A stretch of DNA of 64,000 nt from an uncultured virus (IMG/VR IMGVR_UViG_3300027396_000015) (Duplodnaviria; Heunggongvirae; Uroviricota; Caudoviricetes): IMG/VR virus record IMGVR_UViG_3300027396_000015; one strand, 5' to 3'. Within the stretch, counting starts at the first letter, position 1; each line of letters begins with the position of its first letter. The position numbers and the translations under genes are program-made. This document shows, piece by piece, positions 33,401 to 41,059 of the stretch. Under the pieces are notes generated by a model. It was not told the DNA's origin, searched no databases, and was given only the letters and a program-made list of their open reading frames with translations.

Positions 33401-33680
33401 TAACGATACTAGAGTTGCTGGTGTTATTTCTGAAAAACCAGCGCATTTGATGAACTCTGATTTAGCAGGAAAACATCCACTAGCAGTAGGCCTAACAGGA
33501 CGCTTGCCATGTAAAGTACTTGGTAAGGTTAAGAAAGGTGATATTCTAGTTACTGCGGCTAAGAAAGGTTACGCAATAGTTAATAATACTCCATCTGTAG
33601 GAACTATTATTGGTAAGAGTTTAGAGAACAAAGACGATTTAGGCGAAGGCCTAGTTGAGATTGTTGTTGGTAGATTCTAA
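24402..33680 (+). CDS. Giant (3092 aa) virion tail/baseplate protein with six phycobiliprotein-like helical repeats
   Basis: N-terminal NDGTGDSIREAF (T4 gp9/gp10-like), beta-helix-like segments, six CxRD repeats, fibre-type C-terminus (YADLAEKY, VGLTGRLPCKV); SD GGAG; GCTAAATA upstream. Confidence 0.85.
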   Translation: MARKIVDIGVSGNDGTGDSIREAFRKTNENFQELYAVFGQGGFLKFTDLSDTPDTLVGQGNKIPVVNSIGTSLVFKDFFSPNGTIQFDYSEQETFDIVSVSRSSNVATITLSANHNLDPGQRVTIASTDNTSFNTTSALLLTGTVDNVLVYTNAGTNLSTSAATGTITSYGSVKIDTLSSKLQDDPLPKLQYALDARNQLIGGLRSPINQTDFQTAVNSFNTQHETLYSIDSFAINKGYADSKYVNITGDTMTGHLNVPANATGNQAPRAAEVVLKTGGDMTGVLNLADHPGGLAGAGTPNGEDDLQAATKYYVDNSSYSSRFNLYVTTGGDDTQARTPRGKEGRDRSYAYASINKACQKAEQLVNDAPWETGPYRQLIAYGGGEAFSEVTRIESGASGTTRVYFTNNGGSRVDQGQLPKPDIVSGKIVVGRTSGAQGFIYQYYGSDGSSSIGEDYFDLQDVIGDFVPGENLEFDQAVKNIQISIVVESGIYFEDYPIRVPPNVAIVGDELRRCIVRPADRPSRSPWVDVWFRRDKTFDGLTLTSTEYGYHYLTDPSDILSEPKNNRDLDVFLCNDAVIIRQITCQGHGGFMMVLDPEGQILTKSAYIQQSGSFAGSLNKQRFAGGQYVDGFAGNVPLKIQEKISDTEFLVTGSERAPTTPCSFVIDGRTFKVEAYTDDGNGYGNARKLIRRNIDFIKAEVIGYINTELSPPFTFNETKCARDVGLIVDALGYDLALGTNFNAVRAGQSYYRGTQYSILPDQKDEYLDALIYTRTLISDVLAGNSVARLRAEASFDEITDIIANGIISSDTITWSDPSGAPTSRVNAKNLILDNIEFIKEEIIAWIAEEYPDFVYDEDKCRRDAAYILNSIVYDLLYEGNSATVEAGYQYYDGNGSLQIPGQTLQTTEALAYASGVAQLVVTNTPVPFPKQSAVTQVFDLVNPGSATESARVGVLMGYINTIILSGREAAPTIEYPTFYSVSGSLTDSRTLLLNNKESIKSDTLVYLQQRYSYNQDTCARDTGYICDAIAHDIYYSGNLKTVQAALAYFNASASSKIVIDQQLANTLAAINYIETLILNVINNEDPTVRYQQSVLQYIDTDITDGGLAEATIQDLFDEFIGILENPPSARGARALLVDNKDFIKAEVINYINNKYVGFTYDSATCQRDVGYVIDAIGYDLMFGGNFQTITAARSYYRASAAVAVGVQKAATIDAFTFLRDEILSVVSASATAVTSVTTNMNMFLDVITNGLTQEPAIVTPDPTGYDVNYNRARTLIESNREFIKAEVIQYISNNYVGLSYDPAVCLRDTEYILDALYHDLTYGGNIQTLIAGKAYYSYTTLQVAAPEKPATLAAYGYLQSLVEDIALDLPITALQGGVAQVRGTPGNSSASATAGQRIGEILTIIDLGLGSVPSTITPSTAWVSAGLTGANSALQSAKSTLQTAVTNYIDANYTNTLVYNEEICSRDVGFIVAAVSADLLYGGTYLTIRAAQRYYVGTASSRVVLENQLSQTLDSFAYAKEVAQAVLNQVPPTLNYQVINDVAVENRVSQVFSSDYDGSAFVTRAGQLFDLLNEVITDPEVDVSTVLTGAKPIVYPTYRLVLSTTTPVTNDLEYTISTFTSKADSGVGDGSYDVVFSIVTPVGTTAPRTKTRYRVFGNSNSNYNNDAVECVASTLTSMTLRYPSDPGAFGTGTTTIEYVKDFMLLSAGNTSMCSNDFTQINDLGYGLVATNIGLIETVSVFSYYCWTAYYANNGGQIRSLNGSNAHGEYGIISEGSDPLEVPDKCNLSDNMMQVARVYKQGIYSTDNDVGDLQVFFYQHDYSPYNVSEVEINHGAGVVTELDATSLIGGSGYTNGTYINVPLTGGTGSGITANIVVSGGVVTTVGLVAAGIRYSEGDILSCSNTNVGGTGSGFFITVKTIIGNGIARYEVAGVTDVSSTLAQSVSGTPLKTGPTGGKYYVTYSFTAEPYTPRIGVPYTVSGSTTSGFNGVYTATASTTSSVTLEYSTNPGTWAGGLASLWGLGNVLRLNINTGGNNDTATNGLAVALSHDQPIIIRSNQNFKFYEVDDTNPVRPSTALTFVGDPDAGAIVYRVLAYGNKGPLNEDLAVDESILGFDTTYDYVKLLVNAENVSNADPDNVGQTMGSTAGDTKIAIDRVNETDIESRLNTGDMITAWDGKIHKILSYTDMGLLAGYAYVEIEDVADKCLAGTSASGINTPVDPDFNLDISEPPTLRAGLSSTEPAEVIVRISTCRVTGHDFLDIGTGGYNDTNFPSKIYGAPKEPNQAREVTERTRGRCFYVTTDQDGIFRVGRFFTVDQGTGRVTFAASIALSNLDGLGFKRGVTVSEFSNDDRFTDGANDALPTEAATQGYIDRRLGMDRTNNVLDPTALIGPGYMDRAGLLTFTGPDPMDMGGFVIANLGSPTADTDAANKLYVRNQELSDDRVDTSTSPARSLNDLLVYNGVKWINAETVSTGDIQTSLTPGTKNLALNIKSNVIINADVNSSAAIAQSKLDMNKATTRANATSIAQADLGLASFKSTEFTATNGWIELQTSSSTTTGVLQTKLQYIANDTYLGNNTGSATYPRQVTSGQIVTNGDGIKNASFAPGSVGSNGRAMILTAIGPNAYSTTNISTSAQASSLIQSDGSGRVAVAQLDLTSSSYKTLSVSGTTLTMTTPGAVDFLTAVGTTSAGTTITTVGTLSANAITSASTTTFSPANANVTLSPSGTGTVTIAPASVGSINNVNIGATTRGNGYFKLLSANDTVTLTANQAVTGAANGTGTLQVTGGAGISGDLRVGGTIYGAVTGTLAGTLGLSTYLSFTAGSSYDGSTTRTIQTNATSAATGSTLVARDVNGDFNGRYINSSYFNSSDDVSGGTITYIMAKFGDNYYRSATAAKVASFISGQSMNIAGNASTVTINYNNDSNSTYQMLWGSGNSVYGTGGIYCNPFTDTLYATLFNGTATSARYADLAEKYLSDAEYETGTVVVFGGDEEITVTDKHNDTRVAGVISEKPAHLMNSDLAGKHPLAVGLTGRLPCKVLGKVKKGDILVTAAKKGYAIVNNTPSVGTIIGKSLENKDDLGEGLVEIVVGRF
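26450..29150 (+). repeat. Six tandem 140-159-aa protein repeats (A..LI..N..FI..E....I....Y....CxRD....DA...DL..GG)
   Basis: Cys codons at 26559, 26979, 27453, 27894, 28314 and 28791. Confidence 0.9.
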
Positions 33681-33690
33681 GGAAAATAAC

Positions 33691-34272
33691 ATGGCATTAT
33701 ATGATGATTTACAAGAGATTAACCTAGGAAATGTCGTCAACGACGGTACTGGGGACGACCTGCGTACAGCCTTTGAAAAAGTTAAAACTAACTTTGAATA
33801 TCTGTACAACAACGGTTATGCTCCAGTTAGTGCTGAAAATATAGGCACTTCAGGACTAGGTGTTTTTAAACAAAAGAACGCAGACAGCAATCTAGAACTT
33901 AGAAAACTAGATGCGCTAGGACCACTAAGATTACAATTAGTAGGAGATGTGTTGCAGTTAGATTTACATCCAACGGCTACAGTTGACTTTAATGGGCAGG
34001 CTATTAATAACATTAGTACTGTTACAGCCACTACATTTTCTGGCACTTTAACTGGAAATGTTGTAGGTTTAATTAGAAACGGCGGAACTGCAACTCAAAA
34101 CCCGTTTGTTGATGTAACACTTTTAGATAGACAGGTAAATACATTTGACTATGGACCCATTGCACCTACGTACTACGATCCAATTACTTATTTGTTAAAT
34201 GAAATTGGAACGGACATGGGCACGTTTACCGACCCGAGCCCTATAAGTATAGACGCTGGACCCATAGCATAA
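33691..34272 (+). CDS. Baseplate/fibre-associated structural protein
   Basis: INLGNVVNDGTGDDLRTAFEK, same N-terminal motif as the giant protein; SD AAGGA. Confidence 0.75.
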   Translation: MALYDDLQEINLGNVVNDGTGDDLRTAFEKVKTNFEYLYNNGYAPVSAENIGTSGLGVFKQKNADSNLELRKLDALGPLRLQLVGDVLQLDLHPTATVDFNGQAINNISTVTATTFSGTLTGNVVGLIRNGGTATQNPFVDVTLLDRQVNTFDYGPIAPTYYDPITYLLNEIGTDMGTFTDPSPISIDAGPIA

Positions 34273-34284
34273 GGAGAGAATAGA

Positions 34285-35514
34285 ATGGCATTACAAATCC
34301 GTAGAGGAACAACCGCTGAGAGAACCGCAAGAAAATTCCTCGAAGGCGAACTAATTTATGATACAACACTTCAGCAAGTGTATGTAGGCGACAGTACCAA
34401 CGGCATCGACGGAACAGCCGGTGGCAAATCAGTAACTGCGTTTTCAGACGAAAACGCAAGAGATGCAGTTGCGGCAGTATTTGCAACAGGTACACACACA
34501 AATATAAACTTTTCATATGTTGACGATGGCAACAATATTGGTAGTTTTAGTGCCGCTGTTAACTTAACATCTACTCCTTATGTTGGTAACGTGAATGTTA
34601 CTGGTCTAGTTAATGCTAATGGTTTTAATGGGTGGCTTGAAGGTAATGTATTTGCAAGCGACTCAACTCTCCTTGTTGATTCGGGTAACGGAAGAATTCC
34701 AGCAGAAGTTGTTAAAGGTACGTTTACAGGCAATGTAACTGGTAATGTATCAGGCAATGTAACTGGTAATGTATCAGGCAATTTAACAGGAACAGTATTA
34801 ACTGCCGCACAGACAAACATTACCAGCGTTGGTACGCTGACTAGTCTTGCTGTTAGCGGCGCTATTACTGGTTCTAGTTTTACTGGTGGTGTTGTTACAA
34901 GTTCCATTACTACTACTTCTGGGGATTTAACTGTAACTCCTAACACTAATTTTTCAAACGGTATCGATGTAACAGGTGCTTCTACATTTGGAAATGTAAC
35001 AGTTACTGGCGTCGGTACGTTTAATGCAACTGCTGGTAGCCCTACATTATTAAAGGTTACTGATACTTCAACTTCAGGCGCTCGTCCTATAGCATTAGAA
35101 ATTAATGGTCGCGCATTAGATTTGCTAGGATCTGGCTCTGCTATGGAGTTTAAAGTAAACAACGGTACAACAACTGAGCAGTTAGTTAAGTTAGAAGCAT
35201 ATACACAGTCCAACTTAATTCCTGCACTAAGTCCTGGTTTAAACTTTAAAGTTTACAATACTGGAACCAGCTCATATGACCTAATTCCCCTAAGTTTTGA
35301 CGGAGACGGTGTACTAGTAAGCGGAAATTTTGTACTTAACGATTCTTTAATATTAAGTACAGCCACTGCACCTACTTCATCTAAGGGCGCATCTGGAGAT
35401 GCTGCCGGAACTGTTATTATTACAAATTCGTACATTTATCGCTGTATTGCAGATTATACAACCGGCGCAGCCGATATTTGGGTCAGAGTAGCATTTACTG
35501 GCGGTACTTGGTAA
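34285..35514 (+). CDS. Tail fibre-like protein with an Mtd-type N-terminus
   Basis: MALQIRRGT..EGELIYDT; GNVT/GNVS repeats. Confidence 0.75.
   Translation: MALQIRRGTTAERTARKFLEGELIYDTTLQQVYVGDSTNGIDGTAGGKSVTAFSDENARDAVAAVFATGTHTNINFSYVDDGNNIGSFSAAVNLTSTPYVGNVNVTGLVNANGFNGWLEGNVFASDSTLLVDSGNGRIPAEVVKGTFTGNVTGNVSGNVTGNVSGNLTGTVLTAAQTNITSVGTLTSLAVSGAITGSSFTGGVVTSSITTTSGDLTVTPNTNFSNGIDVTGASTFGNVTVTGVGTFNATAGSPTLLKVTDTSTSGARPIALEINGRALDLLGSGSAMEFKVNNGTTTEQLVKLEAYTQSNLIPALSPGLNFKVYNTGTSSYDLIPLSFDGDGVLVSGNFVLNDSLILSTATAPTSSKGASGDAAGTVIITNSYIYRCIADYTTGAADIWVRVAFTGGTW
34727..34782 (+). repeat. 24-bp in-frame tandem repeat (about 2.3 copies)
   Basis: CAGGCAATGTAACTGGTAATGTAT twice, then CAGGCAAT. Confidence 0.9.
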
Positions 35515-35535
35515 TAAATTTAATTTCCCGGTACC

Positions 35536-35543
35536 GATAAATA
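35536..35543 (+). promoter_or_regulatory. T4-like late promoter
   Basis: GATAAATA, also seen at 38684, 43784, 58103 and 61705. Confidence 0.7.
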
Positions 35544-35562
35544 CAGTATCGGGGATTAAACA

Positions 35563-38500
35563 ATGCTTAATATATGGAATCAACCGTCTGGATACAGTTT
35601 TAATACTTACAACGAACGACAGACCCAGACTATACCTCTGCCTATAATTCCAAGCGCAGACTTAACCGGAGTAACATTTTCAGTTATCGCAGGCAATTTG
35701 CCCAGCGGGCTACGAGTCGCCTACGATACAAATTTAAGCACTTGGGTTATCAAGGGCTCTCCTTTAGAAGTTTCTACTAACACAACATCTACATTTGTAA
35801 TCCGTGCATCTAACGGTACAGAAATTTCCGACAGAACATTTACAATGACCATTGCAGGTCCAGACGCACCTGTATGGATCACTCCTGGTCCAAATCCAGA
35901 CATTCAAATCTACGATTTTGATCCAGAAGCAACTTATATCCCAGATACTGTTATTAGACATACTGTGTCTAACGAAAGTACACTATACAGAACTACAACT
36001 ACTGTTTCAGGAGTGACTCCTCCAAACAGTACATATTATCAAGTTTTCACAGAAGATACCGGATTACTACCAGTCGGTCCAGTCACAACTAGGGTGTCGG
36101 CAGTTGTTAGCGCCAAACGTCAAAGTAACCTTGTTACTATAACTACTGCATCCGCTCACAACTTTGTATTTGGAAATATTGTAACTATTGCTACCAACGT
36201 TGCGGCATTCAACGCTGCCAATGTAGAAGTGCTACAACCATTGCCTTTAGACGGAGAACAGTACGAAGAATATCTAACAAGAATTTCTACTACAATTACC
36301 TTTAATAAACTTGGTGGCGACCTAGGTTCACAAACTGTTTCTGGTACTGTTACATTAATTAAAGATCCGTTAACATTTGTGTTAGATAATACACCTGTAG
36401 ATTTTCAATTAGAAGCAACAGATACAGATTTGTCATCAACAGATACTTTGGAATATTTTATCGGTGACGGCGATGGAGAACTTCCCCCAGGTCTGTCTAT
36501 GAGTAGCACAGGAAGAATTACTGGTATTATCGATCCTATCCTTGCCCTAGACGTAACAGCACGTACAGGATTCTATGATACAAACTTGTATGATGCCTAT
36601 GCCTATGACTTTGGTAAGCGTCCTAACATAGGAGAAGAAGATTATTTAAATGTTGTTACTCCTAGAAAACTAAATCGAAATTACGAATTTATTGTTACAG
36701 TCAGCGATGGTGAATCTGTTGCTAGAAGAAGATTTAGAATTTATGTAGTAGGCGATGACTTCTTAAGAACCGACAATACACTTTTACAAGTTGGTAACGG
36801 TGCTTACACGGCAGACTCTACATACTTAAGAGCACCAATATGGTTAAGTGCCGCCAACCTTGGCCTAAGAAGAGCCAACAATTATGTAACTATTTTATTG
36901 GATGTTTTCGATCCTAATCCAGAAGTTGGTCCTGTAAGATATGAATTAGCCGCACTCAATGACGATTTGACTCCAAGCGTATTGCCTGACGGCTTATATA
37001 TTGATTCCGATACTGCTGAAGTATTTGGATTTGCACCGTATCAGCCAGCAATTACTAAAGAGTTTAAATTTACAGTTAATGCCATTAAGTACGACAAAGA
37101 AAATTTAACAGAAGTTGAAGTCGCTATTGTAGTAGCAGACGATGCACCTATTGGTCAAACTTTCTTAAAGATACTGCCTTTACCAGAAGAAGATGTTGGC
37201 TTACTAATAGGAGACGTTATCCGTATTGGTCCTAGTATCTATACTATGACTGAATATATTAGTAATACTGTGCTAGGCGGAACAATGGCTACACTTAAAC
37301 TATCCGATGCATTATTAACTAATGTAACAGACGGATTAATTATTAGAAAAACATATAACCAATCAGTTAGTGAGTTTTCAACACAGATTGCTCCGAAGAC
37401 ATTTACTATTGCTATCTTAGGCGAAGTAGATTCTGTAATTCAATTTACAACAGATAGAATACTAGGATCAATTAAACCAAGTTTCCCAAGTAACTTTTAT
37501 GTGGAAGCAACTACAACCGTGCCTAATGCTAAATTAAGATACACATTAGTAGACGGAAGATTGCCTGAAGGACTTACATTAAAATCATCTGGTATTATTG
37601 AAGGAAAAATTAATCAGTTCCGTGCTAACAGCATTTCAGGATTTACATTATTCGACGGTGGCGATACCACATTCGACGGTGACTTATTAACCGTAGATCG
37701 TTCTTATAGATTTGTTGTTAATGCACAGGATCAATTTAGATATAGTTCAGTAAGTAAAGAATTTATAATTACAATCAGCGAAGGTACACTAACTCTGTAT
37801 AGTAATATCTATACCAAACCTTTGCCTAAACAATCAAAGAGAGAATTGTTTTATAACTTTATCAATGACACAACTGTGTTTACTCCAGAAAAAATTTATC
37901 GCTTAGGCGATCCTAATTACGGATTACAGACAGAATTAAAAATGTTAATCTATGCTGGAATTGAGAGTAAAGCAATGCCAGAATATATTGCTGCCATATC
38001 AAAGAACATTCGACGTAAACGTTACAGAATTGGTAATCTTAAAAAGGCCATTGCTAAAGTACAGGGCACTAACGACATTGTCTATGAAGTGATTTATCTT
38101 GAAATATTAGATGATTATGAAATTGCTAATAAATCTGCGGCCAGCAGAATTAAGTTGGACAGAGGTGTAAACAGCCCAACAAAAATTAATCAAGCAAGAC
38201 GTAATCCAGTGGACGGTTCCCTAGGAACTGTTGACGGTAACGGAACTGTTACCTACGGAAGTACATACATTAATGGCAAACTAAATGAACAAGCATTTGA
38301 CAGATTTAGTCCTATGTCGACACCTGTGACTATCGATACAGCAAATGTTATGGTCAGTGGCAATGATACAGAATATGTTTACCCTAGCAGTATTAAAAAT
38401 GTTAGAGCAAATATCTCAGAAGTAGGATTAACTGAAAATGAATTCCTGCCACTTTGGATGACTACTCCACAGGATGCTAGAACTGCGGCTACAGGATTTG

Positions 38501-38685
38501 TTAAAGCAGTACCTCTATGCTACTGTAAACCTGGCGAGGGACAGTATATTTTAGACAACATTATTAACAGAAACTTTGATTTTAATCAGTTAGATTTTGA
38601 AATTGACAGATTTATCATAGATTCTGACATCAACGATGTGCAGGAAAAATACCTAAAATTCTCCGATGCACGTTATAACATATGA
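35563..38685 (+). CDS. Large virion structural protein with putative Ig-like domains (baseplate-type)
   Basis: 1040 aa; repeated G.LP.GL.....G.I.G motifs. Confidence 0.75.
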   Translation: MLNIWNQPSGYSFNTYNERQTQTIPLPIIPSADLTGVTFSVIAGNLPSGLRVAYDTNLSTWVIKGSPLEVSTNTTSTFVIRASNGTEISDRTFTMTIAGPDAPVWITPGPNPDIQIYDFDPEATYIPDTVIRHTVSNESTLYRTTTTVSGVTPPNSTYYQVFTEDTGLLPVGPVTTRVSAVVSAKRQSNLVTITTASAHNFVFGNIVTIATNVAAFNAANVEVLQPLPLDGEQYEEYLTRISTTITFNKLGGDLGSQTVSGTVTLIKDPLTFVLDNTPVDFQLEATDTDLSSTDTLEYFIGDGDGELPPGLSMSSTGRITGIIDPILALDVTARTGFYDTNLYDAYAYDFGKRPNIGEEDYLNVVTPRKLNRNYEFIVTVSDGESVARRRFRIYVVGDDFLRTDNTLLQVGNGAYTADSTYLRAPIWLSAANLGLRRANNYVTILLDVFDPNPEVGPVRYELAALNDDLTPSVLPDGLYIDSDTAEVFGFAPYQPAITKEFKFTVNAIKYDKENLTEVEVAIVVADDAPIGQTFLKILPLPEEDVGLLIGDVIRIGPSIYTMTEYISNTVLGGTMATLKLSDALLTNVTDGLIIRKTYNQSVSEFSTQIAPKTFTIAILGEVDSVIQFTTDRILGSIKPSFPSNFYVEATTTVPNAKLRYTLVDGRLPEGLTLKSSGIIEGKINQFRANSISGFTLFDGGDTTFDGDLLTVDRSYRFVVNAQDQFRYSSVSKEFIITISEGTLTLYSNIYTKPLPKQSKRELFYNFINDTTVFTPEKIYRLGDPNYGLQTELKMLIYAGIESKAMPEYIAAISKNIRRKRYRIGNLKKAIAKVQGTNDIVYEVIYLEILDDYEIANKSAASRIKLDRGVNSPTKINQARRNPVDGSLGTVDGNGTVTYGSTYINGKLNEQAFDRFSPMSTPVTIDTANVMVSGNDTEYVYPSSIKNVRANISEVGLTENEFLPLWMTTPQDARTAATGFVKAVPLCYCKPGEGQYILDNIINRNFDFNQLDFEIDRFIIDSDINDVQEKYLKFSDARYNI

Positions 38686-38714
38686 TAAATATCAAATAAA
38701 GGATACCCAGTAAA

Positions 38715-39296
38715 ATGACATACCGCGAGACCCAAATAGATGAAGCGTTCCCAGTAGCGGGCGTAGACAACGAAAGCCAAGGCTTCCGTGATAACTTCTC
38801 AGCAATTAAAGATACGCTAATTCAGGCCAAGTCTGACATTCAAGATTTACAAGCATCTAGACTAGACATTTCTAGTCCAGAAACAGATCTTAGCGGAAAC
38901 ACCATTGCTAATGCAAACCTAAAAGGTGCCAGTTTCGAATTTAATGCAGGTGGCAACATTGTTGCTAGTCAAAACGTAAGTTTTACCAGCGGAGCATATC
39001 ATGTGTACACATTGGCTGCAACAGATCCTGACGCAGGAAGTCCTTTAGAACTTACATTCTCTGACTTACCAGCAAGCGGAACATTGGCTGTTATTAGAGT
39101 TCATTTATATGGAAATGGTACAGAACAATTCTTTTCCTTTAACACAGAATCCATTGGTGACTTCTATGTAGAATCAGGATGGCCCGGTACACAAAGCGTT
39201 ACTAGTTCGACAAGTCCAAAGATTTTTGAATTCTGGACTTACGATGGTGGCGTAAACGTATTTGGAAGATACTTAGGTAACTTTACAGCACTATAA
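38715..39296 (+). CDS. Putative virion structural protein
   Basis: FPVAGVDNESQGFRDNF N-terminus; GATAAATA upstream. Confidence 0.7.
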   Translation: MTYRETQIDEAFPVAGVDNESQGFRDNFSAIKDTLIQAKSDIQDLQASRLDISSPETDLSGNTIANANLKGASFEFNAGGNIVASQNVSFTSGAYHVYTLAATDPDAGSPLELTFSDLPASGTLAVIRVHLYGNGTEQFFSFNTESIGDFYVESGWPGTQSVTSSTSPKIFEFWTYDGGVNVFGRYLGNFTAL

Positions 39297-39529
39297 TGCA
39301 CCCACTAGCAGAAGATTTTTCCAAACTAAAGGATGTGGAACTTGAAACTAAGATCCAAGATCTTAGTAGAAGATATTTCATGGCCGCTAGTAACTCTGGA
39401 GTTCAACAGCAGATTATTATGTTGTTGGACATGTATAAAGCAGAACTAAACATTCGCAGACAAAAACTCTGGGAAGAACAATACCAAAAACGAGACACAG
39501 ATCTTGACAGCCTCATTAATGTAAGTTAA
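39296..39529 (+). CDS. Hypothetical protein
   Basis: 77-aa coupled ORF. Confidence 0.7.
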   Translation: MHPLAEDFSKLKDVELETKIQDLSRRYFMAASNSGVQQQIIMLLDMYKAELNIRRQKLWEEQYQKRDTDLDSLINVS

Positions 39530-39532
39530 AAT
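39504..39532 (+). promoter_or_regulatory. sigma70-type promoter giving a probable leaderless mRNA
   Basis: TTGACA-N17-TAAAAT, with ATG at 39539. Confidence 0.75.
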
Positions 39533-39538
39533 ACTTGC

Positions 39539-40045
39539 ATGAGGATTGATAATTTAGGTATTCCAGTATATTCAGCCAAAGACATCTTTGATTTAATTTA
39601 CCAAGGTAAATTGGATGTCTTGCCTAATATTTTGGCAGAGCCTGACGATACAGACGTTAAGCAGTTTAATCTACATACTGAATCTGTAAAAATACGAGAA
39701 TATCAAGAACCACAACTTTCTAAAACAGAGTTTGATTCCTTAATGCAGAGTAATTGGAATATGCCTGAGGAATACAAACAAATGGACATTGAAGGGTTCC
39801 TTGTTAACGAATGTCCTAAAGAAAACTACCAAAGACTAATAGAAGAATTACAAGAGTATAGAGAAAGAAATATGCTGGATCTACTACGCTGGCTAAAATA
39901 CTTTGTAGATACTTGTCGTAAGGAAGGTATAGTTTGGGGTGTAGGAAGAGGAAGTAGCGTAGCCAGTTATGTACTATACTTAATTGGTGTACATAAAATT
40001 GACAGTTTGAAATATAATTTAGACTGGCGCGAATTCCTGAGATAA
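39539..40045 (+). CDS. Stand-alone fragment of a family-C DNA polymerase (DnaE-like)
   Basis: RLIEEL, GVGRGSSVASYVLYLIGVHKIDSLKYNLDWREFLR; only 168 aa. Confidence 0.8.
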   Translation: MRIDNLGIPVYSAKDIFDLIYQGKLDVLPNILAEPDDTDVKQFNLHTESVKIREYQEPQLSKTEFDSLMQSNWNMPEEYKQMDIEGFLVNECPKENYQRLIEELQEYRERNMLDLLRWLKYFVDTCRKEGIVWGVGRGSSVASYVLYLIGVHKIDSLKYNLDWREFLR

Positions 40046-40071
40046 GTACATATATTAAGGAGGACATTAAA

Positions 40072-40296
40072 ATGCCCATGAAACCAGCACCAAAGAAAGT
40101 TTATCGTACAGCCAACGGTAGAACTGTAGATATGGATCTATTGCGTCAACGCAACGAATTAACTCCAGCAGTAGGTAATGCTCGTGTTAATGCCCGCGGA
40201 GACGAACTAGGACCTGGTGGTCAAATTCTTCGCAAACGTGAAGATATTCTAAAAGACTTTTACGAACAATCCGAATTACCACAAGAAAAGGAATAA
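40072..40296 (+). CDS. Conserved hypothetical protein
   Basis: SD AAGGAGG; AVGNARVNARGDELGPGG. Confidence 0.75.
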   Translation: MPMKPAPKKVYRTANGRTVDMDLLRQRNELTPAVGNARVNARGDELGPGGQILRKREDILKDFYEQSELPQEKE

Positions 40297-40299
40297 TAA

Positions 40300-40644
40300 A
40301 TGGCGGTAGTTAAAGGAACCATTAGACCGTTACATGACAAAGTCATTGTAACAGATATGGATTTCGGTGATACTAAAACGCAAAGCGGTATCATCATTCA
40401 AAGCGATGACGGCAAGGATCGCGGCATCCATCCAAGATGGGCTAAGGTATTTGCTGTTGGTCCAGAACACGATGAAGAATACGGAGTCGGTGATTGGATA
40501 TTAGTTGAACACGGACGATGGACTAGAGGTATCAAGTACGAAAATGAAAGCGGTGAAGAAATTACTATTCGTATGATTGATAACGAAGCAGTTATGATGT
40601 GGGACGACGAAGAACCTAAAGACATGATTATTGGACACCTATGA
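40300..40644 (+). CDS. groES: Co-chaperonin GroES-like protein
   Basis: IRPLHDKVIV, TQSGIII, VFAVGP, VGD. Confidence 0.8.
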   Translation: MAVVKGTIRPLHDKVIVTDMDFGDTKTQSGIIIQSDDGKDRGIHPRWAKVFAVGPEHDEEYGVGDWILVEHGRWTRGIKYENESGEEITIRMIDNEAVMMWDDEEPKDMIIGHL

Positions 40645-41012
40645 CAAACCCATTTCGAGATCAAGAAAAATTCATGGTTGCTTGTGACCAAAGCGTAGAT
40701 GATTACGACTTTTCACAATATGACATGTACTTAAAATTAATTGAAGAAGAATATAAAGAACTTCAACTTGCAGTTGCCGCCAATGATGATGTTGAACAAT
40801 TGGATGCCTTAATTGATATTTTGGTTGTTACCATCGGTGCTATACATAGTATGGGAGCAGATGCCGAAGGTGCTTGGAAAGAAGTTATGAAAACTAACTT
40901 TGCCAAGATCGACAAAGAAACTGGCAAGGTTCGCAAGCGTGAAGACGGAAAAGTACTTAAACCGCTCGGTTGGACTCCTCCAGTATTAGAACCATTTGTT
41001 ACCAAAAAATAA
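40641..41012 (+). CDS. All-alpha NTP pyrophosphohydrolase (MazG-like superfamily)
   Basis: LIEEEYKEL, EQLDALID, N.AK, REDGKVLKP. Confidence 0.8.
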   Translation: MTNPFRDQEKFMVACDQSVDDYDFSQYDMYLKLIEEEYKELQLAVAANDDVEQLDALIDILVVTIGAIHSMGADAEGAWKEVMKTNFAKIDKETGKVRKREDGKVLKPLGWTPPVLEPFVTKK

Positions 41013-41016
41013 CACC

Positions 41017-41042
41017 AAAGGGTCTTGACGGACCCTTTTTTA
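41017..41042 (+). terminator. Intrinsic terminator whose loop is a -35 hexamer
   Basis: AAAGGGTC-TTGACG-GACCCTTT followed by more T residues. Confidence 0.75.
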
Positions 41043-41053
41043 TTCTGTATAAT
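41025..41053 (+). promoter_or_regulatory. sigma70-type promoter giving a probable leaderless mRNA
   Basis: TTGACG-N17-TATAAT, with ATG at 41060. Confidence 0.75.
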
Positions 41054-41059
41054 AAAAAA

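Noticed and set aside
24402..33680. Assigning a cyanobacterial host from the phycobiliprotein-like repeats
   Set aside because: No photosynthesis or bilin-metabolism genes are in the window, so the host cannot be determined from this feature.
34285..35514. Diversity-generating retroelement suggested by the Mtd-like N-terminus
   Set aside because: No reverse transcriptase and no TR/VR pair are visible. This N-terminal motif is common in fibre proteins.
39539..40045. Split intein or intron explaining the DnaE fragment
   Set aside because: The ORF ends directly in polymerase sequence with no intein N-terminal block, and the next gene follows within about 25 nt.
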